A stretch of 64,000 nt of DNA from Candidatus Woesebacteria bacterium RBG_16_42_24 (GTDB taxonomy: Bacteria > Patescibacteriota > Microgenomatia > UBA8517): positions 4,965 to 68,964 of the forward strand of contig MGFX01000002.1 in NCBI GenBank assembly GCA_001792115.1, given 5' to 3'. The translations under genes were made by a program, and so were the position numbers. This document shows positions 18,482-29,311 of the stretch, piece after piece (the first letter of the stretch is position 1; every line of letters starts with the position of its first letter). The notes under the pieces are model-generated. The model was given only the letters and a program-made list of their open reading frames with translations, was not told the DNA's origin and made no database searches.

Positions 18482-19370
18482 AAATTTTTACGTAGCTTCC
18501 TCCTTTCAATATTCCAAAAAGAATAATCCTTAATACCGCCCCTACTTTTAGAAGTAACCTTAAAACCAAAGTCTGCCATGAAGGCATGTGTTTTTTGTAA
18601 AATGTCTTTACTCCTTTGTACTCTGAGATAATGGGAAACTCGGAGGCGCTGCTTGCTCCTCCGAAGTGTACTATCGCCCATTTTGGCAGGTACCACACTT
18701 CCCAACCTTTTTGCTTTGCTCGAAAACACAAATCAACTTCTTCCGTATACATAAAGTAATCTTCGTCCAAAAGCCCCACCTCATCTAAAACGGGTCTTCT
18801 TAACAGATAAAATGCTCCCGTAACCCAATCTCTGAGACCAGCATTTCTAAAAAAACTTTCTCCGCGGTAAAAAAATGACTTCTCGTGCATCGGATGGAAT
18901 GGTTTTATCAATCTATCCAGAAGTGGTATATCGTCGAGAAAAAACATCCAGGAAAATACCCTCGCTAGGTTAGGAAAATATCCCCCCGTTGCTTGAATTT
19001 TCCCATTGTTCCCCTTAAGAGCACAGCTTACAATTCCAACTTTGGGATTATTATCCATATAATTTATCATTTCTCCCAAAACATTGTCCTCTATTGCCGT
19101 ATCCGGGTTAAGAAGAAGTATGTAACGCCCCGCGGCGATCTTTATGCCCTGATTGTTAGCCTTGGCAAAACCCTGATTTTGCCTATTTATAGTTATTTTA
19201 AAAAGCCTCCCCTTAAGTCTTTTTAATATATCCGCGGACCCGTCTGTCGATGCGTTATCAATTACGATAATTTCATAAACTATGCCCTTGGTATTTTTTT
19301 TGACACTCTTTATGCAGCTTAAAAGAAAATTCTTTGTGTTGTAATTCACGACTATAATCGATAAGTCCAT
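18456..19370 (-). CDS. Glycosyltransferase family 2
   Basis: LSIIVVNYNTKNFLLSCIKSV...IIVIDNASTDGS...GFAKANNQGIKIAAGRYILLLNPDT. Confidence 0.8.
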   Translation of the reverse strand: MDLSIIVVNYNTKNFLLSCIKSVKKNTKGIVYEIIVIDNASTDGSADILKRLKGRLFKITINRQNQGFAKANNQGIKIAAGRYILLLNPDTAIEDNVLGEMINYMDNNPKVGIVSCALKGNNGKIQATGGYFPNLARVFSWMFFLDDIPLLDRLIKPFHPMHEKSFFYRGESFFRNAGLRDWVTGAFYLLRRPVLDEVGLLDEDYFMYTEEVDLCFRAKQKGWEVWYLPKWAIVHFGGASSASEFPIISEYKGVKTFYKKHMPSWQTLVLRLLLKVGAVLRIILFGILKGGSYVKIYAKAFQVA

Positions 19371-19915
19371 TATTTAAACTCCTTTTTGATATCGCCCGCC
19401 GCCTGGTAAAGATTTTTCGACAAAAAGTACATAAAATACAAGGTAGATAGTCCAAGTAGAAGTCTTACAGCAAGACTACTTGGTACATATCTCACTATTA
19501 TTTTCTGTCTCCAATCTTTTCCCTCGATTCTTATCGCATCTTGAGGAAGTTTAGGTTCAAAACCGTTAACAAAGATTGACTCTCTAAAAGGATGCACAAT
19601 CTCCTCCAAAAAAGTACTCCTTGCCTGATCACGAATAATAGTCTGTGCTTCCTCGGGTGGATAATTAAGTCGATAGGTTGGAAGCGGCAATCCCAAAAAA
19701 GTTGATTTTCTAAATTGGTCCTGATAGTGAACCAAAACCTCGTTACGGCCGTAATCCGTATAATATCCTCTTCTTAATGGTGTCTCAATGTCAGCCGGTT
19801 CACGGGATTGGTAAGCTTCGTTTAAAGGCTTGGGGAATTCCGGCGAGGGTAAACTTAAGTAAAGAAGGAAAACGAGGCTAATTAGAAAGAACGTTGCCTG
19901 TAATACAATCTTCAT
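19370..19915 (-). CDS. Hypothetical membrane-anchored protein
   Basis: An N-terminal TM segment and a C-terminal TM segment. No family recognised. Confidence 0.4.
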   Translation of the reverse strand: MKIVLQATFFLISLVFLLYLSLPSPEFPKPLNEAYQSREPADIETPLRRGYYTDYGRNEVLVHYQDQFRKSTFLGLPLPTYRLNYPPEEAQTIIRDQARSTFLEEIVHPFRESIFVNGFEPKLPQDAIRIEGKDWRQKIIVRYVPSSLAVRLLLGLSTLYFMYFLSKNLYQAAGDIKKEFK

Positions 19916-19924
19916 TTCAAAGAA

Positions 19925-20527
19925 TTATTGGAAAAGTCGTGCGCGCCCTAATCTGTAGTGCAGATCCTTATTCTTCCTTTCTCCAATATTCCTTGCAGGC
20001 ACACCACCGACTATTTCATAGTCTTGAACACTTTTTGTAACCACAGCTCCGGCAGCTACAATTGCTCCTTTTCCGATTTTCACGCCGGGTAAAATAATTG
20101 CTCGAGGGCCAATAAATACATAGTCGCCTATTTCGACTGGTGCCTCTAAAGAACCAAAGTCATCCTTCTCTAAATCGTGTTCGGAATTATATATCATGAC
20201 CTCTGAGGCTATATCTACGTGTCTACCAATCGTGAGTTGGGCTCGTCCATCCAGAAAGATATGGTCTCCTACAATTGTACCTTCCCCAATCTTTATATTT
20301 CGAGGCTGGAAAAACCTTGCCCCCATATGAATTACTGTTTTTGGTCCTATCTGTATGCCTGCAAGCATGTAAAAGAGATTCCTAACAGTATGAAAAGGAA
20401 TGTGGCCTACCCAACGAAGTAACATAAGCTCAAAATCGAGCCAATAGTTATAGAAACGGTTCTTAATTTTAGGAAGAGCCTCAGAAGGTGATAGCTCTCT
20501 TCCCATTCTGTCCGTGAATATGGCCAT
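19925..20527 (-). CDS. Hexapeptide-repeat (left-handed beta-helix) acyl/acetyltransferase
   Basis: IKIGEGTIVGDHIFLDG...VEIGDYVFIGPRAIILPGVKIGKGAIVAAGAVVTKSV, hexapeptide repeats. Confidence 0.75.
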   Translation of the reverse strand: MAIFTDRMGRELSPSEALPKIKNRFYNYWLDFELMLLRWVGHIPFHTVRNLFYMLAGIQIGPKTVIHMGARFFQPRNIKIGEGTIVGDHIFLDGRAQLTIGRHVDIASEVMIYNSEHDLEKDDFGSLEAPVEIGDYVFIGPRAIILPGVKIGKGAIVAAGAVVTKSVQDYEIVGGVPARNIGERKNKDLHYRLGRARLFQ

Positions 20528-20529
20528 TT

Positions 20530-21660
20530 TTATTCAGCAGCTTCTTCTAGCACTTTCAGGGTTTCTCTAGCGGTTTTCTCCCAGGAAAAGCCTTTCACAC
20601 GCGCCAAGCCCTGCTTCACAAGCTTATTATACTGCTTCTCGGGCATCGATAGCACTTTTACTATACCCGTGGCTATACTTTCAGTATTTTTTGGGTCAAC
20701 ATAGATTCCAGCTGCACCGGCCACCTCAGGAAGACTAGCAACATTCGAGACAACTACCGGCACTCCGCACGCCAAGGCATGTAGCACATCCATACCGAAT
20801 CCCTCCCAGAAGGATGGCAGGATGAACAATTTTGCCCCTTTTATTAGGACTGGTTTTTCTTCTTCGGAAACATAATCTGTAAAGATTACGTCTTTAGTAA
20901 GACCCAACTCCTGTACCCTCTCAAAGATAGATCCATAAAGCCATCCCTTCTTGCCCGCGACAACTAGACTATAATTAGGAAAAGTTCTTTTTACCTCTTT
21001 CCAGGCGGCCAACAATCCCTCAACATTCTTACTCGGCTTAAGTGTACCAAGGTATAACACATAGTCCTTCACTATAGAATATTTTTCCTTGATGCGTCGC
21101 ACATCTTTGTCAGCAATCAATTGATTAAAGCGGGAACTATCGTTCCCATGGTGCACAACACGGATTTTTTTTGAAGCGAAAGGATAATGTCGTACAATAT
21201 CTTTCATTGTACTATTTGATACTGAAATGATACGTTTTGATATAAATATGGACCAAGCACTCCAATACTTTAACTGCCAAAAGTCATATTTTTTAAATTG
21301 TTCCGAAAATTCGAGGTAACCCAAGTCGTGTATAGCGCAAACCAAGGGAACAGGTGAAAAAGGAGGAACATAATGGCTCGGAGAGAAAAATACCCTTGGT
21401 TTGGGACTACTAAAAAAGAGGTCTGGGATTAATCTCCTAATTATCCACGCACCACTACCCGAAATTACCTTGTAATAAAAGTTATTTGAGGATTCCGGCA
21501 TAAAATTTTTGGGTTTTTCTCTCAAGTAGACGACTATCTTGTGTTTACTTTTCCACTCATCCTCTAGTTTACGTATAACCGTAAGCAGTTCATGGCAATA
21601 TTGATTAACTCCGACCCTGACTTCTAAGTTTGCCTCATTTCCATCTATCCCTATTATCAT
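20530..21660 (-). CDS. Glycosyltransferase family 4
   Basis: YLGTLKPSKNVEGLLAAW...LPSFWEGFGMDVLHALACGVPVVVSNVASLPEV. Confidence 0.8.
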   Translation of the reverse strand: MIIGIDGNEANLEVRVGVNQYCHELLTVIRKLEDEWKSKHKIVVYLREKPKNFMPESSNNFYYKVISGSGAWIIRRLIPDLFFSSPKPRVFFSPSHYVPPFSPVPLVCAIHDLGYLEFSEQFKKYDFWQLKYWSAWSIFISKRIISVSNSTMKDIVRHYPFASKKIRVVHHGNDSSRFNQLIADKDVRRIKEKYSIVKDYVLYLGTLKPSKNVEGLLAAWKEVKRTFPNYSLVVAGKKGWLYGSIFERVQELGLTKDVIFTDYVSEEEKPVLIKGAKLFILPSFWEGFGMDVLHALACGVPVVVSNVASLPEVAGAAGIYVDPKNTESIATGIVKVLSMPEKQYNKLVKQGLARVKGFSWEKTARETLKVLEEAAE

Positions 21661-21665
21661 TATTT

Positions 21666-22742
21666 TTATTGGTTTGCTTTTTGGTAAACTTTAATGGTAT
21701 TTTCTGCAACCTTAGTCCAAGAAAATTCTTCAACTCTCTCTCTTCCTTTTTTAATAAGTGATTCTCGGTCCTTTATAGCCTTTTTAACACCCTCCGCAAT
21801 AGAATTTACATCGGTCGGATCCACTAAAATAGCAGCCCCTTGACCCAACTCTTGCATAGTACCGACATTAGACGTCACAACAGGGGTTTCACACTTATAA
21901 GCTTCTAAAATTGGGAGTCCAAATCCTTCATATAAAGACGGATAGACAAGAGCTTCGGAACCTGAATATAAACCGGATAAATCAGACAATGGTACGTGTC
22001 CAAGTATTTTCACGCCCCTTACCGGTTCAATTTTCATGTAAGGATGACCTATAATTATGAGTTTTAAATCCAACCCGGGTCGAACTTTCTCAAACGCGCT
22101 TATTATTCTCTCTGTATTCTTTCTGGGATTAACCCCGATTGATAAGAGATATAAACCGCTTATCTGGTACTTTCTTTTAACCCTTTCAATTTCTAATTTA
22201 CTAGGAAGCCGTAATGCAGGATTGGGAGCTTCTGAAATTACAACTACCCTTTCCCCTATTCCAAACTCGGCAAGATCCTCTTTTGTCGTCCTTGAAGGAA
22301 CAATTACCATATCCGCTTCTCGGATTACCCACTTAAAGCGATTAAGGAGGGCTGAAACAATTTTTGGGTGGGTCAGTTTGGGAAATTTTATGGGAAATAA
22401 GTCATGAATTGTTGTTACCTTAAAAGCCTTAGTCGGAGGCTGAGTCCAATCAGATGAATGAAAAACATCAACTTCTCCAATTAGCTTCTCTATGGGTAAG
22501 GTATGTAGCCTATTCCAGATAATATTTGCGAGTGTCGGGGGAATTGGGAAAATCTTGCTTGTGAATCTGCCCCTTAGGGTCTCAAAAAAATCTTTCAGGG
22601 TGTTCATTCGCCGCAATGAACCCCCAAAGAGGATATATTCGTTTTTATCATCGAGTTTGAGTAGGCTTTCCACCAAAAGCTTCGTATACACCGAAACTCC
22701 GGTACCATAGACAACCTGGGAAACGTCAATAGCAATTTTCAT
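21666..22742 (-). CDS. Glycosyltransferase family 4
   Basis: LLSIGVNPRKNTERIISAFEKV...YPSLYEGFGLPILEAYKCETPVVTSNVGTMQEL. Confidence 0.8.
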   Translation of the reverse strand: MKIAIDVSQVVYGTGVSVYTKLLVESLLKLDDKNEYILFGGSLRRMNTLKDFFETLRGRFTSKIFPIPPTLANIIWNRLHTLPIEKLIGEVDVFHSSDWTQPPTKAFKVTTIHDLFPIKFPKLTHPKIVSALLNRFKWVIREADMVIVPSRTTKEDLAEFGIGERVVVISEAPNPALRLPSKLEIERVKRKYQISGLYLLSIGVNPRKNTERIISAFEKVRPGLDLKLIIIGHPYMKIEPVRGVKILGHVPLSDLSGLYSGSEALVYPSLYEGFGLPILEAYKCETPVVTSNVGTMQELGQGAAILVDPTDVNSIAEGVKKAIKDRESLIKKGRERVEEFSWTKVAENTIKVYQKANQ

Positions 22743-24148
22743 GGCTTTTGAAGGTATCTTACAATTCCGACTCCGGGAAAATCAAAAGCAGCTGCTTCAA
22801 TAAATCCTTCGCTTCCCAAACTTGTCACCACAATCCGCTCGGGATCGTGAAGCTCCCACAAATACTCAAAATAATAAACCCCTTTTGAGTCAAATGTTTC
22901 AAAAACTGACTTTTCCCTTGTGGGAATAGGATTTGCTGCTATTGAATCGGTTAAACCTATGGCTTTCACAGTTTTGTTACTATACCATTGGTAGGGTGCA
23001 AATGGTTCTGTAAAACTAAAAACCACCATTTCATCCCTCCCAACCCTTGATTCAACGAATTTAACTGCTTCTCTCCACTGCTCCCGCCGTTGATAAGGAT
23101 CTCTAATGTAGATAAACCAAGCAAATATATTTCCGAGAAGTATAATTCCAACAAGCACGAACCTAGTTTTACCTTTAAATTTTTCAATTCCCCAAGCCGT
23201 CAATAGATAAAATGCCGGCAAGACATATAGAAACCTAAAATAGATGAAAGCCGGAAATATTAGTGAAGTAATAAATCCAAGAACAAATGGAACTAGAAGA
23301 TATAACCATAAACTAACTACTTCTTTTCTCTCCCTAAAGGCTTTGTAGAACGCGAAAGAAAAGGGAATGGAGAAGAATCCAACCAGTGAATAATATAAAA
23401 CCTTGTCGGAAAATGATATTCTGCCAAAAACAAACTTTGCCCAAATTAGTCCCAATTGTTTGGGAGTTGCACCCCCAGCCACCTTTACCCATCCCGGAAG
23501 TGTTTCCAAAAGCCATTTACCACCTTGGGATTGAACTAAAAATGTGGGTATCCATAGCACTCCCAAAATAGTTAGAGGTAGAAATGAAACTGCTAAATTC
23601 CTCCACCACTTTTTAGACTTCCTCGAAGCAAGTCCAATAAGCCAAAAAACAGGGAGAAGAAAAACCGGCATATAGTCGGTAAAAACCAAAGCGGTGATTG
23701 TAATTGAATAAAATATCCATTTTTCCTTTATGAATAAATAAAACGCAAGTAAAGCAAGAAATGCCGCCATCATATACATTCTGGCCTCTTGAGAATAATA
23801 AATGTGGAACTGAGAAGTGGCGATAAGAACCGCCGCTAGTACTCCCAAATGCTTTCTAAGTATGTTTCCTATCTTATACACCATATAGATGGTCCCTATA
23901 CCAAAAATGACCGATAAGCTTCGTAAAGCCACTTCTGAATACCCAAACAAATCACTCCAGAGTTTAAGTGTCAAATAATATAATGGTGGATGGTTGTCGT
24001 GTTTTGAAAATTCGGTGAGAATCTGAAAAAACGTTTGATTTTTAACAACTAGTGCTCCTATAGCCTCATCCAGCCAAAAAGACTGATTAATTGCCACAAG
24101 TCTTAGGGCTAGCGCTAGGATGATTATTAAAAGAATGTATTTATTCAT
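22739..24148 (-). CDS. GT-C fold membrane glycosyltransferase, PMT_2/ArnT-like
   Basis: Polytopic protein with LRLVAINQSFWLDEAIGALV, the N-proximal acidic DE motif typical of GT39/GT83-like enzymes. Confidence 0.55.
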   Translation of the reverse strand: MNKYILLIIILALALRLVAINQSFWLDEAIGALVVKNQTFFQILTEFSKHDNHPPLYYLTLKLWSDLFGYSEVALRSLSVIFGIGTIYMVYKIGNILRKHLGVLAAVLIATSQFHIYYSQEARMYMMAAFLALLAFYLFIKEKWIFYSITITALVFTDYMPVFLLPVFWLIGLASRKSKKWWRNLAVSFLPLTILGVLWIPTFLVQSQGGKWLLETLPGWVKVAGGATPKQLGLIWAKFVFGRISFSDKVLYYSLVGFFSIPFSFAFYKAFRERKEVVSLWLYLLVPFVLGFITSLIFPAFIYFRFLYVLPAFYLLTAWGIEKFKGKTRFVLVGIILLGNIFAWFIYIRDPYQRREQWREAVKFVESRVGRDEMVVFSFTEPFAPYQWYSNKTVKAIGLTDSIAANPIPTREKSVFETFDSKGVYYFEYLWELHDPERIVVTSLGSEGFIEAAAFDFPGVGIVRYLQKP

Positions 24149-25974
24149 AAAGCGTAGGTAGTAACCCTCGGGTCATAAGCTAACACCCAGCTTAAGTGTA
24201 AAGCAAAAAGTAAGGCCAAGAAACTTAATATGATCAATTTAGTCTTAAAAGAAGATTTCTTGATTAGTTTATATATGACGAGCCCCACAGCCAAGTGAAT
24301 CGCCGGATAAATAAATAAACTCATATACGGATTTTCCCAAACCTTATCAAAATTAAGTTTAAGGAGAGAAGAGGCAACCTCATTTGGGAAATCTTGGTTA
24401 ACAAATGCTATCCTGAAAGGTTCTTGGAATTTTAGTCCAACGAACCTTAATGCATCCCAGGCAAGGCCAAAATATCGACTTGAGGAAATCTCGGTGTATC
24501 TCAGGCGGACGAGTAGTGCGTCCAGCCCAAACGTCAAAGGAAGGATTGAGGCTAAAAGACGCGGTCTAAGAAAATAGAAGCCCGCGAAAACTACCAAAAC
24601 TATAAGAGCCTGGGCCAGCGCGAGGTTTTGAAGTACAGGTCCGAAGTACACAATCCATCCGAATTGCTCGCTGGACCTTAATATCAAACCAAAGCCGGCT
24701 ACTAAAAATAGCGTTGCCAAAATAGAGTTTAATACTTTCTTTTTAAGAATGAATAAAATTGACAATGCCCCCCAAGCCAACAAGTAATATGGAAAATATC
24801 TCCCGCCGGGGCTTCTTGGATTCGACTCGAGTCTTCTATCCAAAAAGTTAGATGTGTCAGCGACAAAATAATCGGAAAAAGAGATTTGCGGGTTATAGAA
24901 AATTTCATCTCCTAATTTTTGATTCATCCTTTTTTGAGGAGTTAAAAGCCACTCAGAATCTCCATCGCTAAGACTTACTTCTTCGGGATTTTGAGAATAA
25001 TAGTTCATATAACTTTGGGCAAAATCGCTCATCGTTACAAACATAAGGTCCTGAATCTTACTAAGGGCAATTAGCTGGTTTTCATATTCAGTCAAGTAAG
25101 AAGCTCCCTCAATTCCTGTTTCAAGGCCAACCGTAACCTGTCCTATCTCATTTCCACAATCAAGATAATTCTTTATAAGCCCATTAAAATAATCGGTATT
25201 TTTCCCTAAGCTTATGTAGTCATTTGCTTGAAGTGAATAATTGGAATAAGCCGGCCCTTCCCCGTAGGCTTTACTTAGGTCTCTTTGTGCCCATTGAATA
25301 ACAACTAAATCCATTTGACTCTCTTTAGAACTCGCCGGAGTTAAAACATTTGCCTTGCTCGGATAATACGGAATCCCCCACCACTGACCCCAAACTCCAT
25401 AGTTATCGGTAGTTTTTTGGTCTGCAACAATCATGGCGGAGTTCACTCCATACTTTTGACTCAAATAGTTCAAGGAGTACGAATCAATCCACCAGGCACC
25501 GATGGATTTTGGATAATAACCGAAGGTATCTTTAAACTGGCCAAAGAGGGTATTTAGAAGCTTTCTTCGCTCGCTTTCTCGATATCCAGATAAAAACACG
25601 GCCTTGGGACTCGCCCAGGCACTAAATCCAGGATAAATCACCCTTGCGTCTTTCGCTAAATCTGGGCTTACTTCCAAGAATAAGCCAATTTCTTGGTTTG
25701 GGTCGAAACCTTTTGTCGTTGATGCAATCTCTGGGTCGATTAGTGCGTCATACTGCAAAAGCCAAGTCGCGGCAAATCCTACTTCTTTCACAAGACTATA
25801 TTGATTAATAAGTGGGCTTATGGTTTTGTCGCTCCACTTATCCCTACCCCGTACCGGATTTACCAAAGTTAGGAAGCGATTGTTACAGTCAATACTTCCT
25901 TCTTGCGCTTTTAACCCGGAGGCTATCAAAAGGAAAATTGGGGCAAGGACCAAAAAACTCCAAATAATCCTCAT
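24145..25974 (-). CDS. Hypothetical protein with a signal/anchor, a large (about 400 aa) extracytoplasmic domain and a C-terminal multi-TM domain
   Basis: Domain architecture read from the hydropathy of the translation. No motif recognised. Confidence 0.4.
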   Translation of the reverse strand: MRIIWSFLVLAPIFLLIASGLKAQEGSIDCNNRFLTLVNPVRGRDKWSDKTISPLINQYSLVKEVGFAATWLLQYDALIDPEIASTTKGFDPNQEIGLFLEVSPDLAKDARVIYPGFSAWASPKAVFLSGYRESERRKLLNTLFGQFKDTFGYYPKSIGAWWIDSYSLNYLSQKYGVNSAMIVADQKTTDNYGVWGQWWGIPYYPSKANVLTPASSKESQMDLVVIQWAQRDLSKAYGEGPAYSNYSLQANDYISLGKNTDYFNGLIKNYLDCGNEIGQVTVGLETGIEGASYLTEYENQLIALSKIQDLMFVTMSDFAQSYMNYYSQNPEEVSLSDGDSEWLLTPQKRMNQKLGDEIFYNPQISFSDYFVADTSNFLDRRLESNPRSPGGRYFPYYLLAWGALSILFILKKKVLNSILATLFLVAGFGLILRSSEQFGWIVYFGPVLQNLALAQALIVLVVFAGFYFLRPRLLASILPLTFGLDALLVRLRYTEISSSRYFGLAWDALRFVGLKFQEPFRIAFVNQDFPNEVASSLLKLNFDKVWENPYMSLFIYPAIHLAVGLVIYKLIKKSSFKTKLIILSFLALLFALHLSWVLAYDPRVTTYAL

Positions 25975-26810
25975 TTAACTTGCTTTCTTAGAAGTACAAG
26001 TTCCAAGATTCCCAAAAATATTCCAAAATCATAAATCAGCTTAAAAACTACGAAGGCTGGTTGCCAATGAACTACCGATTTGAAAATCCCCACGAGTAGA
26101 GAGACGGGAAATGAGGCTCTTAAAAGTCCCACGCAGTAACCAAGAAATCCAAGTTTATACTTTCTTTTTCCAACCCAACGAGCGTGGCCAAAAACTTCTG
26201 TCAGGCCCGAGGGGTTTTTATGATAAAAAATTGCGCCTTTAGCAGAATCGGCCATATATCCCAGCTTTTCATACAGGCTATAATCGTCTGTATAGCCTCC
26301 TGGGGTAAACCCTCCTACCTTATCAAATTCGGATTTAAGAATCGCTCTAAAAACCTTTTGCTTATCGGGATAGTATTTGGGATGCCTTCTTCTTTCTTCC
26401 CAATTTTGGTTTATGTTCCAACACCTTGCCCAAACGTTTTCCCAGTTACTCACGTATTCGTATTTTGAAAAAGTTCCCTTAGTCTTTCCAGAAAGAATTG
26501 GCTTAACTAGATTTTTCAGAAAATTTTTGTCGAAAGTCATGTCAGCGTCGACAAAAACTAAAATCTCGCCATTTGCATGTTCTGCACCCAAATTCCTCGC
26601 CGCACCCGGCCCCTTATGTTGCTCTCGCAACAATTTAGGGTTTAGGGTTTTGGGGTTAGAATTTCCGACAACACCGGGAGTGTTGTCGGTAGATCCATCG
26701 TCGACAACTATTATTTCGAAATCGTGATATGTTTGTTTGGACAGAGATTCTAAACACTCTCCTATCACGTCTTCTTCGTTGTATGTGGGAATAATTACTG
26801 TAACTTTCAT
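25971..26810 (-). CDS. Glycosyltransferase family 2 with C-terminal TM helices
   Basis: VTVIIPTYNEEDVIGECLESLSKQTYHDFEIIVVDDGSTDNT...ILVFVDADMTF. Confidence 0.8.
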   Translation of the reverse strand: MKVTVIIPTYNEEDVIGECLESLSKQTYHDFEIIVVDDGSTDNTPGVVGNSNPKTLNPKLLREQHKGPGAARNLGAEHANGEILVFVDADMTFDKNFLKNLVKPILSGKTKGTFSKYEYVSNWENVWARCWNINQNWEERRRHPKYYPDKQKVFRAILKSEFDKVGGFTPGGYTDDYSLYEKLGYMADSAKGAIFYHKNPSGLTEVFGHARWVGKRKYKLGFLGYCVGLLRASFPVSLLVGIFKSVVHWQPAFVVFKLIYDFGIFLGILELVLLRKQVK

Positions 26811-26834
26811 TACAGTATGTTATATTTTTTCATA

Positions 26835-28295
26835 TTAATTTCTGGTCCTGTCCAAACGGTAGAGATAAATACCGTCCTGCAAATCCCACTCTGCCCCAAT
26901 ACTAAAGGGTAAGAATGAGGCAATTTCCCAGATTTTGGCTCCATATAATTTTTCTTTATCTTTATCTGACACCACATACAAAAAATTGTTCATCGGGTAG
27001 TTTTCTACGGCCTCAGGACCTGCTCCATATAAGTAAGTTGAGTATCTTAATGGGTATGCGCGCGTCCCTCCATCTATTAACGATGCTACGTTAAAATTGG
27101 GATGACCGTAAGAATCCTGGCTTATGATTTTCCCGGCTAAGTTTATTTTCTTCATTGTCCAACCCTCTGGCATATTATAACCGTGATTTATGTTCAACCG
27201 CTTTGCCGAGGCAAAAAGATTAAAAACAATTAATAGCGCTACAAGAGCCATTCCTACTTTGTTAGGAAAAATCCGGATAAGAGATATAGGAAGCAAAACA
27301 ACAAATAGCATCAAAACAGGAAGAATATACTCGGGACCATAAGCCGAAAATTTTAAGCTTAAAAGAAGCAGTATCGCTACGCTAATAAAAGTTAACCTGC
27401 TTAGTTTATTTTCCGGCCGCGAAAGACGTCTTTTTGCCAGAACAAATAACAGCATGAAGGCTAAGATTATTGAACCTGCCAAAGTAAAGTTTCCTCCGAG
27501 AAACCTGGCTGCGCCCTTTGTCCATTGGCTTAATATTCCTTCTAAAAAGTTGACCGAGGGCCGTGCTCCTTCATAGCTTAAAAACAAACGTGTATTTAAA
27601 AAGTTATGCCTAAACTCAAACGCTATTGTTGGAGTCAATCCTACCAGCACACCTGCAACATAGGCCAGAATTACATCTAACTTATGTCTTTCAAATATTA
27701 AAAGATAAATAAAAAGAGCCAATCCCAGACTGATATTCAGAAAGTGTAGTTCCATCCCGAGCCCTATCGAAAGACCCATAAGAAATCCCACGAAGATGTT
27801 TTTCTTTTCGGTTAAAAACAGGTAGACAGCCAGAACGATGAAAAAAGGTAAAAAATTCTGATATAAGGGGGTGCTCCCGTAAATAATCAGTTCGGGAGAC
27901 ACTGCAAACAACATAGAACTCAACAGGGCAAATTTCAAAGAAAAATATTTCCTAACGGTTATGTAAAGAAGAATAATTGTTGCAGTTGACACAAATACCG
28001 CAGCAATTGGCCCCGCAATAGGATTCAACCCTAGTATCAGAAAAAAGGGGTAAAGCATATAAAGATATAGCGGTCCCTGGAAAAAGGGAGCAATAGAAGT
28101 TTTTAAGCCTATCAATGTCCACTTGTGATATAAAACCATCTCTCTCACTTTCAGAAAATCCATTCCTTGATCTCCCCCAAACGTGGTTAATTCATTCAGT
28201 CTATAAACCCTCAAAAATATTGCGAGAAATAAAACTATTAGAAACTGATAGTAGTTTTTAAGTAGAGCCCTGAAGGTACCCAAGAGCTTTGTCAT
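26835..28295 (-). CDS. Polytopic membrane protein, possible GT-C family
   Basis: 12 or more hydrophobic segments. No diagnostic motif. Confidence 0.4.
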   Translation of the reverse strand: MTKLLGTFRALLKNYYQFLIVLFLAIFLRVYRLNELTTFGGDQGMDFLKVREMVLYHKWTLIGLKTSIAPFFQGPLYLYMLYPFFLILGLNPIAGPIAAVFVSTATIILLYITVRKYFSLKFALLSSMLFAVSPELIIYGSTPLYQNFLPFFIVLAVYLFLTEKKNIFVGFLMGLSIGLGMELHFLNISLGLALFIYLLIFERHKLDVILAYVAGVLVGLTPTIAFEFRHNFLNTRLFLSYEGARPSVNFLEGILSQWTKGAARFLGGNFTLAGSIILAFMLLFVLAKRRLSRPENKLSRLTFISVAILLLLSLKFSAYGPEYILPVLMLFVVLLPISLIRIFPNKVGMALVALLIVFNLFASAKRLNINHGYNMPEGWTMKKINLAGKIISQDSYGHPNFNVASLIDGGTRAYPLRYSTYLYGAGPEAVENYPMNNFLYVVSDKDKEKLYGAKIWEIASFLPFSIGAEWDLQDGIYLYRLDRTRN

Positions 28296-29311
28296 CTTCC
28301 GAGATTAATAAAAAGTTGTTCATACTTTTGAACTATTTCTTTCCAATCGAATTTCTCAGCCTGGCGCCTAGGACTATCCCCCCAATCTTTATCCAAGACA
28401 CTTCTTAAGGCTGAGGCGTACTCTTTAGTATTTGTCGGGTCAACAAAAATTCCCGCTTCGCCTACAATTTCCTTTCTTATTTCGTCGTCATTCACAACAA
28501 CGGGGAGATTTGTAGCCATTGCCTCAACTATCACCATTTCGAAAGACCTAAACCAGGGGGAAGCCAGAGTGAAAAGATCTACCCTCCTATACAACTTGGG
28601 CATTTCCTCAAAATCTAAAGATACAATCTGAAATCTTTTTCCGAGTAGCCTCTCTCCCAGTTCCTCTAATTCGAACTTTTTCGGTCCTTTACCAGCAATT
28701 AGAAGGCTTCCTCTCCCAAGCTTTGCTACTGCTTTTATCACTAAGTCCATCCGCTTATCTTTATCCAACGCCCCAACTGATAAAATAATTGGCGCCTCTA
28801 GCCTAATGTCGATCTTTTCTCCTTCGGGTCTGAACTTATGAATATCTACGCCGTTCGGAATACGCACTACCCTGACTAAAGGGTTTGCTCCCCTTGCCCA
28901 ATCCATCAACTTGGAAGATAGGGCGACAAATGCATCCGGAAAACACCAAAGATTGTTCCTGTCGTCCCATCCCTTACCCGACTGGCCTGAAATGACAACT
29001 TTACCACCATATAACCAAGTGACAATTCTCACAAATGCAGGCTGCCAACCCCCATCTATTGGAATAACAACGTCGTATTTTTCTTTCCAAAGCTTTCCTA
29101 AATTCTTTAGGGTGAAAATTGCTACCTGAATACCAAATGGATCAAGATATGAACGCCAAATAATCGGCCAACGGGCCATGTAAGGCTCATTTGCCGTTAT
29201 TATATCCGTACCAATACCTTTTTCTTTAAGTTTTTTTGATAGTTCTTCAACAAATCTCTCCGCTCCTCTTTCAACGGCTCCGTAGGATATATTTAAGAAT
29301 GCTATTTTCAT
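28292..29311 (-). CDS. Glycosyltransferase family 4-like
   Basis: ILSVGALDKDKRMDLVIKAV...SFEMVIVEAMATNLPVVVNDDEIRKEIVGEAGIFVDP. Confidence 0.65.
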   Translation of the reverse strand: MKIAFLNISYGAVERGAERFVEELSKKLKEKGIGTDIITANEPYMARWPIIWRSYLDPFGIQVAIFTLKNLGKLWKEKYDVVIPIDGGWQPAFVRIVTWLYGGKVVISGQSGKGWDDRNNLWCFPDAFVALSSKLMDWARGANPLVRVVRIPNGVDIHKFRPEGEKIDIRLEAPIILSVGALDKDKRMDLVIKAVAKLGRGSLLIAGKGPKKFELEELGERLLGKRFQIVSLDFEEMPKLYRRVDLFTLASPWFRSFEMVIVEAMATNLPVVVNDDEIRKEIVGEAGIFVDPTNTKEYASALRSVLDKDWGDSPRRQAEKFDWKEIVQKYEQLFINLGR